Assembly: GCA_963536495.1 (NCBI GenBank)
Contig: CAUTAF010000007.1
Coordinates: forward strand, 5,803-69,802
DNA from: an uncultured Eubacteriales bacterium
GTDB taxonomy: Bacteria; Bacillota_I; Bacilli_A; RF39; UBA660
Direction: 5' to 3'
DNA: 64,000 nt
A model generated the notes under the pieces. It had not been told where the DNA came from, ran no database searches, and saw only the letters and a list, made by a program, of their open reading frames with translations. The translations under genes and the position numbers were made by a program. Positions 52,249 to 60,456 of the stretch are shown here, in pieces; position 1 is the stretch's first letter, and the number at the start of each line of letters is the position of its first letter.

Positions 52249-53326
52249 TAAAGAATTTTTAAAAGCAGTTGAAATATTAACTAAAGAAAAAGGTTTAGAT
52301 AAAGATGTAATATTTGATGCTATGGAATTAGCTTTAACTAGTGCATATAAAAAGAATTTTCATTCTTTAAGTAATGTTAAAGTTTTTATAGATAAACAAA
52401 AAGGTGATATTAAAATCTATTCTTTTATAACAGTAGTAGAAGATGAAAAAATAAATGATGAAGAATTTAATCCAGAAACTGAAATTACTTTAACAGAAGC
52501 AAGAAAAATAGATAAGTTAAAAGAAGTAGGAGATACTTTCGATACGGAAATAACACCAAAAGATTTTGGAAGAATTGCAACTGCTACTGCTAAACAAGTA
52601 GTATTACAAAAAATAAAAGAAGCAGAAAGAAGTTCTATCTTAAAAGATTTTGAAGATAAAGAAGGAGAAATGCTTTTAGGAACAGTAGAACTTGAAGATA
52701 GTGATAACTATTATATAGATTTTGGTAGAATAAAAGGATTACTTCCAAAGAATGAATGTATACCAAAAGAAGTTATTAAAATAGGTCAAAAATTAAAAGT
52801 ATATGTTACTAAAATAATAAATGATAAATCTTTAACTATTTTACTTTCTAGAAAACATTATAATTTTGTTAAAAGACTTTTTGAAATGGAAATACCTGAA
52901 ATAATGGATGGAACTGTTTTAATTCATGCAGTAGCAAGAGAAGCAGGTGTTAGAAGTAAAGTATCAGTTGAATCTACAAAAGCTAATATAGATCCAATTG
53001 GAGCTTGTGTAGGTGAAAAAGGTATTAGAATTTCTAATATTATAAAAGAACTACATGGAGAAAAAATAGATATAATTCCATATGATAAAAATATTGAAAG
53101 ATATATAGCAAATGCTTTATTACCAGCAGAAAACTTATCAGTAATCGTAGAAGACGATAATAAAAACGAAGCAATTGTTTTTGCAAATGATGATAACTAT
53201 TCTTTAGCAATAGGTAAAAAAGGTATAAATATAAAACTTGCTGCAAGACTTACTAGATTTAGACTTGATATTAAAACTCAAAAAGAAGCAAGTGAAATGG
53301 GAATAAATTTCAAAAATGAAAACTAA
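52241..53326 (+). CDS. nusA: Transcription termination/antitermination factor NusA
   Basis: N-terminal domain, an S1 domain and two KH domains ('GACVGEKGIRISNI'). Length is 361 aa. Confidence 0.9.
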   Translation: MNNKEFLKAVEILTKEKGLDKDVIFDAMELALTSAYKKNFHSLSNVKVFIDKQKGDIKIYSFITVVEDEKINDEEFNPETEITLTEARKIDKLKEVGDTFDTEITPKDFGRIATATAKQVVLQKIKEAERSSILKDFEDKEGEMLLGTVELEDSDNYYIDFGRIKGLLPKNECIPKEVIKIGQKLKVYVTKIINDKSLTILLSRKHYNFVKRLFEMEIPEIMDGTVLIHAVAREAGVRSKVSVESTKANIDPIGACVGEKGIRISNIIKELHGEKIDIIPYDKNIERYIANALLPAENLSVIVEDDNKNEAIVFANDDNYSLAIGKKGINIKLAARLTRFRLDIKTQKEASEMGINFKNEN

Positions 53327-53576
53327 GAAAATACCATTTAGAACTTGTATTGTCACAAAAGAAGTTTTACCTAAACAAGAATTGCTTAGAGTAGTTATAA
53401 ATAAAGATAAAGAAGTAAGTATAGATATAACTGGTAAACAAAATGGTAGAGGAGTATATCTTAAAAAAGATATAGATGTTATAAATAAAGCAAAAAATTT
53501 AAAAATACTAGATAAGAAATTAGAAGTAGAAATAGAAGAAAAATTATATGAAGATTTAATTAACCTAATAAAATAA
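53316..53576 (+). CDS. ylxR: YlxR/RnpM family RNA-binding protein (DUF448)
   Basis: 'PFRTCIVTKEVLPKQELLRVV...NGRGVYL' and its position between nusA and infB. Confidence 0.7.
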   Translation: MKTKKIPFRTCIVTKEVLPKQELLRVVINKDKEVSIDITGKQNGRGVYLKKDIDVINKAKNLKILDKKLEVEIEEKLYEDLINLIK

Positions 53577-53585
53577 GAAAGGTAG

Positions 53586-55715
53586 GTGATTAGCATGATG
53601 AGTATTTTAGAATATTCAGTAGATGTGAATTTAGATGTAGAAAAGATATTAGCTTTGTGTGATAGTTTAGGAATAGATTATATAGATGAGAATTCTACAT
53701 TATCTGATGAAGAAATAATACTATTAGATAATAATTTATCTGAAATAGAAAATATGGAAGATGAAGATCATTATGAAGAAGAAATAGAAGAACACGATGA
53801 AGATGAAGAAGAACAATTAGTTGAAAAATTTGGTTCTAGAAAGAAAATAGAAAAGATTAAGACTAAGACTTCAACTAGAGATGATAATAAAGCTAATTTT
53901 CAATCAGAAAAGAAAAACTTATATAAACATAAGAAAAAATTAAAATCTAATGTTATAGGAGAAGATGATAACTTCGTTGTATATAAAGAAGGTATGACAG
54001 TAATGGATATTGCTACAATTATGAAAGTAAATCCAGCTGAACTTATTAAAAAACTTATCTCTCTTGGAGTAATGGCTAATATGAATGCATCTTTAAGTTA
54101 TGAAGTAGCTGAAATATTAGTAGCAGATTACAATAAAACATTAAAGAAAATAGAAGATACTGATATATCTAAATTTGATGAAGATTTTGAAATAGCAGAT
54201 AAAGAAGAAGATTTAGTTGAAAGAGCACCTGTTATAACAATAATGGGTCATGTTGATCATGGTAAAACTTCTTTACTTGATGCTATTAGAGAAAGTAATG
54301 TTGTAAGTGGTGAAGCTGGAGGTATAACACAAGCTATATCTTCTTATCAAATAAATTATAAAGGAAAACCTATTACTTTTATAGATACACCAGGGCATGC
54401 TGCATTTACTGAAATGAGAGCAAGAGGTGCTAAAGTTACTGATATTATTATCGTTATAGTAGCAGCAGATGATGGAGTTAAACCACAAACAGAAGAAGCA
54501 ATAGATCATGCTAAAGCAGCTGGAGTACCAATAATAGTTGCAATTAATAAAATTGATAAACCAGATGCTAATAAAGAAAAAACACTTGAAGAAGTAGCAA
54601 GAGCTGGACTTCAACCAGAAGTTTGGGGAGGAGATGTAATAGTTAATTACATTTCTGCTAAGACTAAAGAAGGAATTAACGATTTACTTGATAACATTTT
54701 ACTTGTTAGTGAAATGCAAGGATATAAAGCTAATCCTAATAGATATGCTATAGGAACAGTTATAGAAGCGTATAAAGATGTTAAGACTGGAGTAGTAGCA
54801 AGTGTCTTAGTACAAAATGGAACTCTTAGAATTGGAGATCCTATTTGTTGTGGAACTATTTTTGGAAAAATAAGAAATATGAAAAATGATCTTGGAGAAT
54901 CAATAACTGAGGCACTACCTTCAACTCCTGTAGAAATAATAGGTTTATCTGAAGTACCAGATGCTGGAGATAAATTTATGGCATTTGAAACAGAAAAACA
55001 AGCTAAAGAAGTATCAGATAAGAGAATAGCAAGATTAAAATCAGATGATTTAGGTAAGACTAATATGAGTTTAGATGAATTATTCTCTGCTATTAAAAAA
55101 GGAGAAAAGAGTCTAAATGTTGTCTTAAAAACTGATACTAAAGGATCTTTAGAAGCAATTAAACAAAGTTTAGCTAAGATAAATATCGAAGGTGTAGAAA
55201 TCAAGATAGTAAGAGGAAGTGTTGGAGCAATATCTGAAAGTGATATAGTACTTGCAAAAGCTAGTGAAGCTATAGTTATAGGATTTAATGTAAGACCAAG
55301 TAGCAATGTAGTAGAAATAGCTAAGACTAAAGAAGTACAAATTAAACTATATGATATTATCTATAAACTTATAGAAGACTTAGAAAAATCTATTTTAGGA
55401 AGTCTAGATCCTGAATATGAAGAAGTAGTTTTAGGATCAGCTGAAATCTTAGCAGTATTTAAATTCTCTAAAGTTGGTAATATAGCTGGATGTAGAGTGT
55501 TAGATGGAATTATTAAAAATACATCTAACTGTAGAGTTATAAGAGATGGTGTAGTTATTTATACTGGAAAGATTAAGACTTTACAAAAAGAAAAAGAACA
55601 AATAAAAGAAGTAGCAAAAGGATTCGAATGTGGAATTACTTTAGAAAATTATCAAGATATTAAAGAAAAAGATATTATAGAAGCATACGAATTAAAGGAA
55701 ATTAAAAAGATATGA
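53586..55715 (+). CDS. infB: Translation initiation factor IF-2
   Basis: '[17 protein letters not shown]', 'DTPGHAAF' and 'NKIDK'. Acidic N-terminal region. Confidence 0.95.
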   Translation: MISMMSILEYSVDVNLDVEKILALCDSLGIDYIDENSTLSDEEIILLDNNLSEIENMEDEDHYEEEIEEHDEDEEEQLVEKFGSRKKIEKIKTKTSTRDDNKANFQSEKKNLYKHKKKLKSNVIGEDDNFVVYKEGMTVMDIATIMKVNPAELIKKLISLGVMANMNASLSYEVAEILVADYNKTLKKIEDTDISKFDEDFEIADKEEDLVERAPVITIMGHVDHGKTSLLDAIRESNVVSGEAGGITQAISSYQINYKGKPITFIDTPGHAAFTEMRARGAKVTDIIIVIVAADDGVKPQTEEAIDHAKAAGVPIIVAINKIDKPDANKEKTLEEVARAGLQPEVWGGDVIVNYISAKTKEGINDLLDNILLVSEMQGYKANPNRYAIGTVIEAYKDVKTGVVASVLVQNGTLRIGDPICCGTIFGKIRNMKNDLGESITEALPSTPVEIIGLSEVPDAGDKFMAFETEKQAKEVSDKRIARLKSDDLGKTNMSLDELFSAIKKGEKSLNVVLKTDTKGSLEAIKQSLAKINIEGVEIKIVRGSVGAISESDIVLAKASEAIVIGFNVRPSSNVVEIAKTKEVQIKLYDIIYKLIEDLEKSILGSLDPEYEEVVLGSAEILAVFKFSKVGNIAGCRVLDGIIKNTSNCRVIRDGVVIYTGKIKTLQKEKEQIKEVAKGFECGITLENYQDIKEKDIIEAYELKEIKKI

Positions 55716-56032
55716 GTGTAAGTTTAAGTAGAATAGAAAGTACATTTAAAAAAGAATTATCTTATATACTTGAAAATGCTAAAAACGATTATTTAAAAGC
55801 TATGACAATAACTGATATAGATTTAACTAGTCAAAAAGAATATGCTAGAGTTTATTTTATGACTCATAGAAATGTTGAAAAAACTATTAAAGAAGTAAAG
55901 AGGTCTATGGCTTATATAAATAAAGTTATAAGTAAAAAATTAAATTTAAAAAAATTACCAAAAATCGTATTTATAGAAGATAATTCTTATGAATATGGTA
56001 AGGAAATAGAAGAGAAACTAAAAAATATTTAG
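55712..56032 (+). CDS. rbfA: Ribosome-binding factor A
   Basis: 106 aa immediately after infB. The KH-like fold pattern 'RIESTFKKELSYIL' is present. Confidence 0.8.
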   Translation: MSVSLSRIESTFKKELSYILENAKNDYLKAMTITDIDLTSQKEYARVYFMTHRNVEKTIKEVKRSMAYINKVISKKLNLKKLPKIVFIEDNSYEYGKEIEEKLKNI

Positions 56033-56086
56033 TTTCTTTTTTCTTTTATAAATGTTACTATATTATATAGAATAAGGAGAGTAATA

Positions 56087-57337
56087 ATGAAAAAAATATT
56101 GATAGTATTTGCATTAATATTATTACCTTTTGTAACTTTAGCAGATGAAGAAGAAAAGAAAAATACAACACTATTAAATAAAAATTTAATAGTGGAATGT
56201 ATATATAGTGATGGAGGATTATATTCTTATGAATATAATGAATCTGAAAATACATTTATTACTAATAGACAAGAATTTTTAGGTACAGGTAAAAAAGTAG
56301 TTCCTTCTAATATTATCTTTTTATCAGAACTTACATCAATTAATGAAACCCTTACAGTAGTAGATAAAGATTTAACATGTAAAAGATATATTTATAGTGG
56401 TATTTCTAAAAGAGAAGATGAAGAAGCTAAAAAAGATAATGTCCAAAATATTTATATGTTTATTAAAGGAAGTAATTCAAAAGATAATCCTATTAAATTA
56501 GAAGATGCATCAATTGATAGCTATACTGGTAAATGGTATACACTTGGTATTCCTTTAGCAAAAACAGAAGTTAGAAAAGCTTTAGATACTGCAATTATAG
56601 AACAAAAAAGATATGAATTAGTAAATCAAAGATATCGTTTGTTAGATACAGATACTATAAATCCTAAACAAGTATGTCATTTTGAATCAAATAGTAAAAG
56701 TGATAATATTTCTACTAAAAAAGATATATTAACTGCTCAAATATATTCTAATCATACTTTGATAAAAACAAGTGATGATTATTATAATTTACTTACAAAA
56801 GATGAATCTAAGTTAATAGAAGATATATGTGGTACTAGTGATAAAGATAAAATATATATAAATGATTCTACAGTATCAGCAACTGGAGATTCTAGTGGTG
56901 GAGCAAAGATTGCTGCAAAAACTTATGATAAAGAAAGACAAACTCGTTTAACACTTAGTGAAAAAGAAAGTAAAGTTAATTTTTTAGAATATAAAAAAAT
57001 TAGTGAAAATAAAATGGAAGATAAAGAAGTAAATGATAAACTATGTGAAACGATTCCAAATGTTGCAAAAGTATTAAGAGATATTATTAAATTTGCAAGA
57101 ATAGCTATTGGAGCATTAGTAATAATTCTTATAGCAATAGAAATACTTCATTTTGTTAGTAGTTCTAATCCAAGTGATCAACTTCCAATTACAATTAAAA
57201 AGATTAGTAATCGAATTATATTAATGGTTGTTATATTGTTGTTACCATTAATTACTAATATTATTGTTACTATCTTAAAAAGTGCAAATACGATAGAAAC
57301 ATCAACTATACAAGTTATAGATTGTTTGTTTAAATAG
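56087..57337 (+). CDS. Secreted/membrane-anchored 416-aa protein (Sec signal peptide, Cys-containing ectodomain, two C-terminal TM helices)
   Basis: 'MKKILIVFALILLPFVTLA|DEEE'. C-terminal 'IAIGALVIILIAIEILHFV' and 'IILMVVILLLPLITNIIVTIL'. Confidence 0.4.
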   Translation: MKKILIVFALILLPFVTLADEEEKKNTTLLNKNLIVECIYSDGGLYSYEYNESENTFITNRQEFLGTGKKVVPSNIIFLSELTSINETLTVVDKDLTCKRYIYSGISKREDEEAKKDNVQNIYMFIKGSNSKDNPIKLEDASIDSYTGKWYTLGIPLAKTEVRKALDTAIIEQKRYELVNQRYRLLDTDTINPKQVCHFESNSKSDNISTKKDILTAQIYSNHTLIKTSDDYYNLLTKDESKLIEDICGTSDKDKIYINDSTVSATGDSSGGAKIAAKTYDKERQTRLTLSEKESKVNFLEYKKISENKMEDKEVNDKLCETIPNVAKVLRDIIKFARIAIGALVIILIAIEILHFVSSSNPSDQLPITIKKISNRIILMVVILLLPLITNIIVTILKSANTIETSTIQVIDCLFK

Positions 57338-57345
57338 GAGATAAT

Positions 57346-59589
57346 ATGCCAATATTAGATATTTTAAAAACAATTGATATAGCACAACTATCTGTAGAAA
57401 TAATAGGTTTATTAGCAAGTAGATGGTTTATACTAAATGGTATTATTTTTATATTAAGATCACTTAGTTATTTTGTTGATTCTCAATTTGTAAATTTAAT
57501 TGGTATGATTTATAAATATTTCACATTACTTTTAAAAGGTGAAATGTTTAATGAACAGATAGTATCACAGTTATTATCTAGTATATATGTATTTATTGGT
57601 CTTATTATCTTTTTTAGATTAGCTACTGTATTAATTAAATATTTAGTAAATCCAGAAACTATAGAAAGTTCTGTTGATAAAACTGGGTTATTTTCTGGAC
57701 TTGTTAGAAGAATAGTAATAGGTAGTATTATGATTGCGTTAATACCATTTATTTTTTCTACTTTAAATAGACTTCAAGTAGCAATAGTAGAAGATAATGT
57801 TATTCAAAATATATTTATTCAAAATGAATCATTTAAAAATTTTAATAAAAGACATGCATTAAATGGTGGTCAATATTTAGCTAATTATGTTTTAGCAGGT
57901 TTTATAAGACCCGTTAATAATAGTTCTAGTTCAGTGAAAATGAGTTATGAAGCTATGAAAAAATCAGCTAATCCAGATTTAATTAATATAAATGCTGGAG
58001 TAGTACCAGGAGTAGTAGTTAAATATAGTTATACTTATTATTTTATAGTTTCTACATTCGTTCTTTTTATTGTATTTAAAACAATGATAGGTTATGCACT
58101 TGATATTATTACGAGATTCTTTAAAACTCTTTTATATCAATTAATGGCACCTATTGCCATAGTAGAATATATGATAAGTGGAAATGGTGGAGTATTTGAA
58201 AAATGGAAAACTAGTGTAATAGCTAATTATTTATCTTTATTTGTTAGAATGTTATCAATTTGGTTTTTAGTATTTATACTTTCATTAATGACGGCAGATG
58301 GACTTCCTAATGGTAATTTACTTAAAACAGATGATGATTTATTAAGAGCAATAATAGTTTTAGCGTTAATTGCATTTATGAAAGATTTACCAAGTTATGT
58401 AGGTCAGATAATTGGATTTGATTTAAGACAAGAAAGTTCTGCTATGTCTATGGTAAGTGGAGCAGCAACTGCAGTGCTTGGAGCAGCAGGAGCAGGTCTT
58501 ATGGCGGGAAGTGGAATGATAGGTAATTCTTTAAGAAGTATAGGTGGTACTTTAAATAGAAATATTGGAAGTAAAATAGCTGGAGCTACAGCTGCAGCTC
58601 AAAATGCTCGTAATAAAGGAAGACAGATGGGTCTTACTGGCGAAGAGTTAAGGCAAGCAAGTAGAAATGCTTTAAGAGATTATGGAAATCAACAAGTTGC
58701 TGAAAGAAGAAGTAGAGGTAATGCTTTACAAAGAATGAGAAATACTGCAGCAGAAGGTATAAGAAATAATGCAATGAATGATGTTAGAGATTCGGTTAGT
58801 AGTATTACAAGTATTGCAGATCATATACCAGCTCTTCATCAAACAGGAGTTCCAGCTGCAGCACAAAATTTATTTAATACTGTAACAGCTAATAATAATG
58901 GACAAAGACAAAATCAAACTCCACCAGAAACTCAAAATCAAAACACTAACTCAGGAGCAAATAGTAATCAAGTTTTATTAAGACCAAATAGAGCAAATCA
59001 TTTAAATTTACTTAATGGAAGTAATTTAAATAATATTAATGCAACAGGAAATTCACTTACTAGAGATGAATCTATTGAAAATATGACTGATTTCTTGTTT
59101 AGAGCAGATAATAATCAAAGTTATAGTGATTATTTATCTAATGTACAAAATGATAATTTAGAAACAAATAATGTTCCAGCAGAAGATAGAAATGTTATTT
59201 TAACAAGAGCAGGAGTTACTGATAGTAACGCAACAGTTATTAGAAATTCTCATACTTTAGAAGAAATAGCTAGAAATATATCAAGTAATTCTAATGGAAC
59301 AATAAGTTATGAACAAGCTTATGAAACAACTAGAACTTATATTGAAGGAGCAGGTATAAGAGCACAAAGTAGATATAGTATAACTGATTCTAATGGAGGA
59401 GTTAATACTGTTGATATACCTTGTGTTGATCAAAATGGTAACTTCTTAAGAACAGGAGAATATACTTTAACTAATGATAATATTAAAGATATAACAGATG
59501 ATATTAAAAATCATTATTGGGGTAGATCTGCAGAAGATTACTTTGATACTAATTTAGAAGAAAATAATGGAGGAGTATCTAGAAAATAG
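57346..59589 (+). CDS. 747-aa polytopic membrane protein: ~7 TM N-domain, Gly/Ala-rich segment, Asn/Gln-rich variable C-terminal domain (VirB6/TrbL-like topology; possible delivery protein)
   Basis: Hydrophobic helices through residue ~400. 'GAATAVLGAAGAGLMAGSGMIGNSL'. The C-terminal 300 aa are low-complexity N/Q/S/T-rich with a structured end. The orphan cassette follows downstream. Confidence 0.4.
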   Translation: MPILDILKTIDIAQLSVEIIGLLASRWFILNGIIFILRSLSYFVDSQFVNLIGMIYKYFTLLLKGEMFNEQIVSQLLSSIYVFIGLIIFFRLATVLIKYLVNPETIESSVDKTGLFSGLVRRIVIGSIMIALIPFIFSTLNRLQVAIVEDNVIQNIFIQNESFKNFNKRHALNGGQYLANYVLAGFIRPVNNSSSSVKMSYEAMKKSANPDLININAGVVPGVVVKYSYTYYFIVSTFVLFIVFKTMIGYALDIITRFFKTLLYQLMAPIAIVEYMISGNGGVFEKWKTSVIANYLSLFVRMLSIWFLVFILSLMTADGLPNGNLLKTDDDLLRAIIVLALIAFMKDLPSYVGQIIGFDLRQESSAMSMVSGAATAVLGAAGAGLMAGSGMIGNSLRSIGGTLNRNIGSKIAGATAAAQNARNKGRQMGLTGEELRQASRNALRDYGNQQVAERRSRGNALQRMRNTAAEGIRNNAMNDVRDSVSSITSIADHIPALHQTGVPAAAQNLFNTVTANNNGQRQNQTPPETQNQNTNSGANSNQVLLRPNRANHLNLLNGSNLNNINATGNSLTRDESIENMTDFLFRADNNQSYSDYLSNVQNDNLETNNVPAEDRNVILTRAGVTDSNATVIRNSHTLEEIARNISSNSNGTISYEQAYETTRTYIEGAGIRAQSRYSITDSNGGVNTVDIPCVDQNGNFLRTGEYTLTNDNIKDITDDIKNHYWGRSAEDYFDTNLEENNGGVSRK

Positions 59590-59658
59590 ATACTTCTTTA
59601 TTTAATGAAATAATATTATTGAGGAATGTAAAATGAATTTAAAAGTGTATAAGGTTAT

Positions 59659-59759
59659 TGTATGGATTAGAAGTTAATAATGAAGAAATTTTGCCTATTA
59701 AAAAAAGGTATATTTAAAGATGAAAAAATATTTTCAAAATAGAATTATAATAGAAAATA
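59659..59759 (+). pseudogene. Remnant of the last ~33 codons of the HExxH-protein gene (homolog of 19343-19443)
   Basis: About 90% nt identity with the 3' end of the 18667-19443 gene. Only a 14-codon ORF (MNLKVYKVIVWIRS) remains. Confidence 0.6.
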
Positions 59760-59765
59760 ATAAAG

Positions 59766-60083
59766 GTGATTAATATGAAATTAAACATTGAAGAATTAAA
59801 ATATTTAAGAGGTTCAAAATTAGACGATGGATATAGACTTGTGTATAAAAAAAATAATCATTTTGAAATTAGTAGTTATTCTAAAACTATAGAAGGATTT
59901 ATATGTGAATTAAATGATTATAATCCATATAGTTTATATGATGATGAAAAGAAATTTATTTCTATTGAAAATTTATTAGAAGAAATAGCACAAAAATATA
60001 ATGAAAAAGAAGTATCTATTTATAAAACAGATGGTACTTTGGTTTCATCATATAATCAAGATGATATAAATAAATTTAAATAA
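59766..60083 (+). CDS. Small 105-aa protein, paralog of 19449-19757 (orphan immunity/partner candidate)
   Basis: About 83% aa identity by eye ('MKLNIEELKYLRGSKLDDGYRLVYKKNN...'). The same RBS context is present. Confidence 0.55.
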   Translation: MINMKLNIEELKYLRGSKLDDGYRLVYKKNNHFEISSYSKTIEGFICELNDYNPYSLYDDEKKFISIENLLEEIAQKYNEKEVSIYKTDGTLVSSYNQDDINKFK

Positions 60084-60142
60084 TTTTTATATTATTTTGA
60101 TGTCTATAAGATATAATAAATAAGATTTCAAAAATAAAATAT

Positions 60143-60172
60143 AAAAAGCTATTGTTTTTACAATAGCTTTTT
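60143..60172. terminator. Bidirectional terminator
   Basis: AAAAAGCTATTG-ttttta-CAATAGCTTTTT. Confidence 0.6.
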
Positions 60173-60210
60173 AGTTTAGATTAAAATAAAAAAATATCTC
60201 TTTTGAGATA

Positions 60211-60384
60211 TTAAATTAATCCTAACTTTCTGAATGTTCTTAATTCTTTTGCACTAATTCTTATTTTAGTTCCATTAATTTTTACAACTTGAAGGTTTAA
60301 TCCTTGTTTTTTTCTAGTTGCATTTAACGCATGAGATCTTAAGTTTTTGAAGTTAGGTTTTCTACTTGTTACATTAATTGCCAT
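60211..60384 (-). CDS. rpmB: 50S ribosomal protein L28 (bL28); not in the ORF track because it is under 60 aa
   Basis: Reverse-strand translation MAINVTSRKPNFKNLRSHALNATRKKQGLNLQVVKINGTKIRISAKELRTFRKLGLI (57 aa). It has the 'SHALN' core and an RBS 'AGGAGGAAT' upstream. Its own terminator is at 60193-60212 (AATATCTC-aaaa-GAGATATT on the minus strand). Confidence 0.65.
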   Translation of the reverse strand: MAINVTSRKPNFKNLRSHALNATRKKQGLNLQVVKINGTKIRISAKELRTFRKLGLI

Positions 60385-60456
60385 GATTCCTCCTTGTTTA
60401 ATTAATTACTTTAAGATTTTAGCATATTGCTTTATAATAGTCAATAAAGAGGCATT

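Noticed and set aside
56087-60100. An integrated conjugative element or prophage spanning the rbfA-dnaE interval
   Set aside because: There is no relaxase, VirB4/VirD4 ATPase, integrase, capsid or terminase gene, and no flanking tRNA or att-like repeats were seen. Only the VirB6-like topology of one protein hints at conjugation. It is reported as a possibility, not as a feature.
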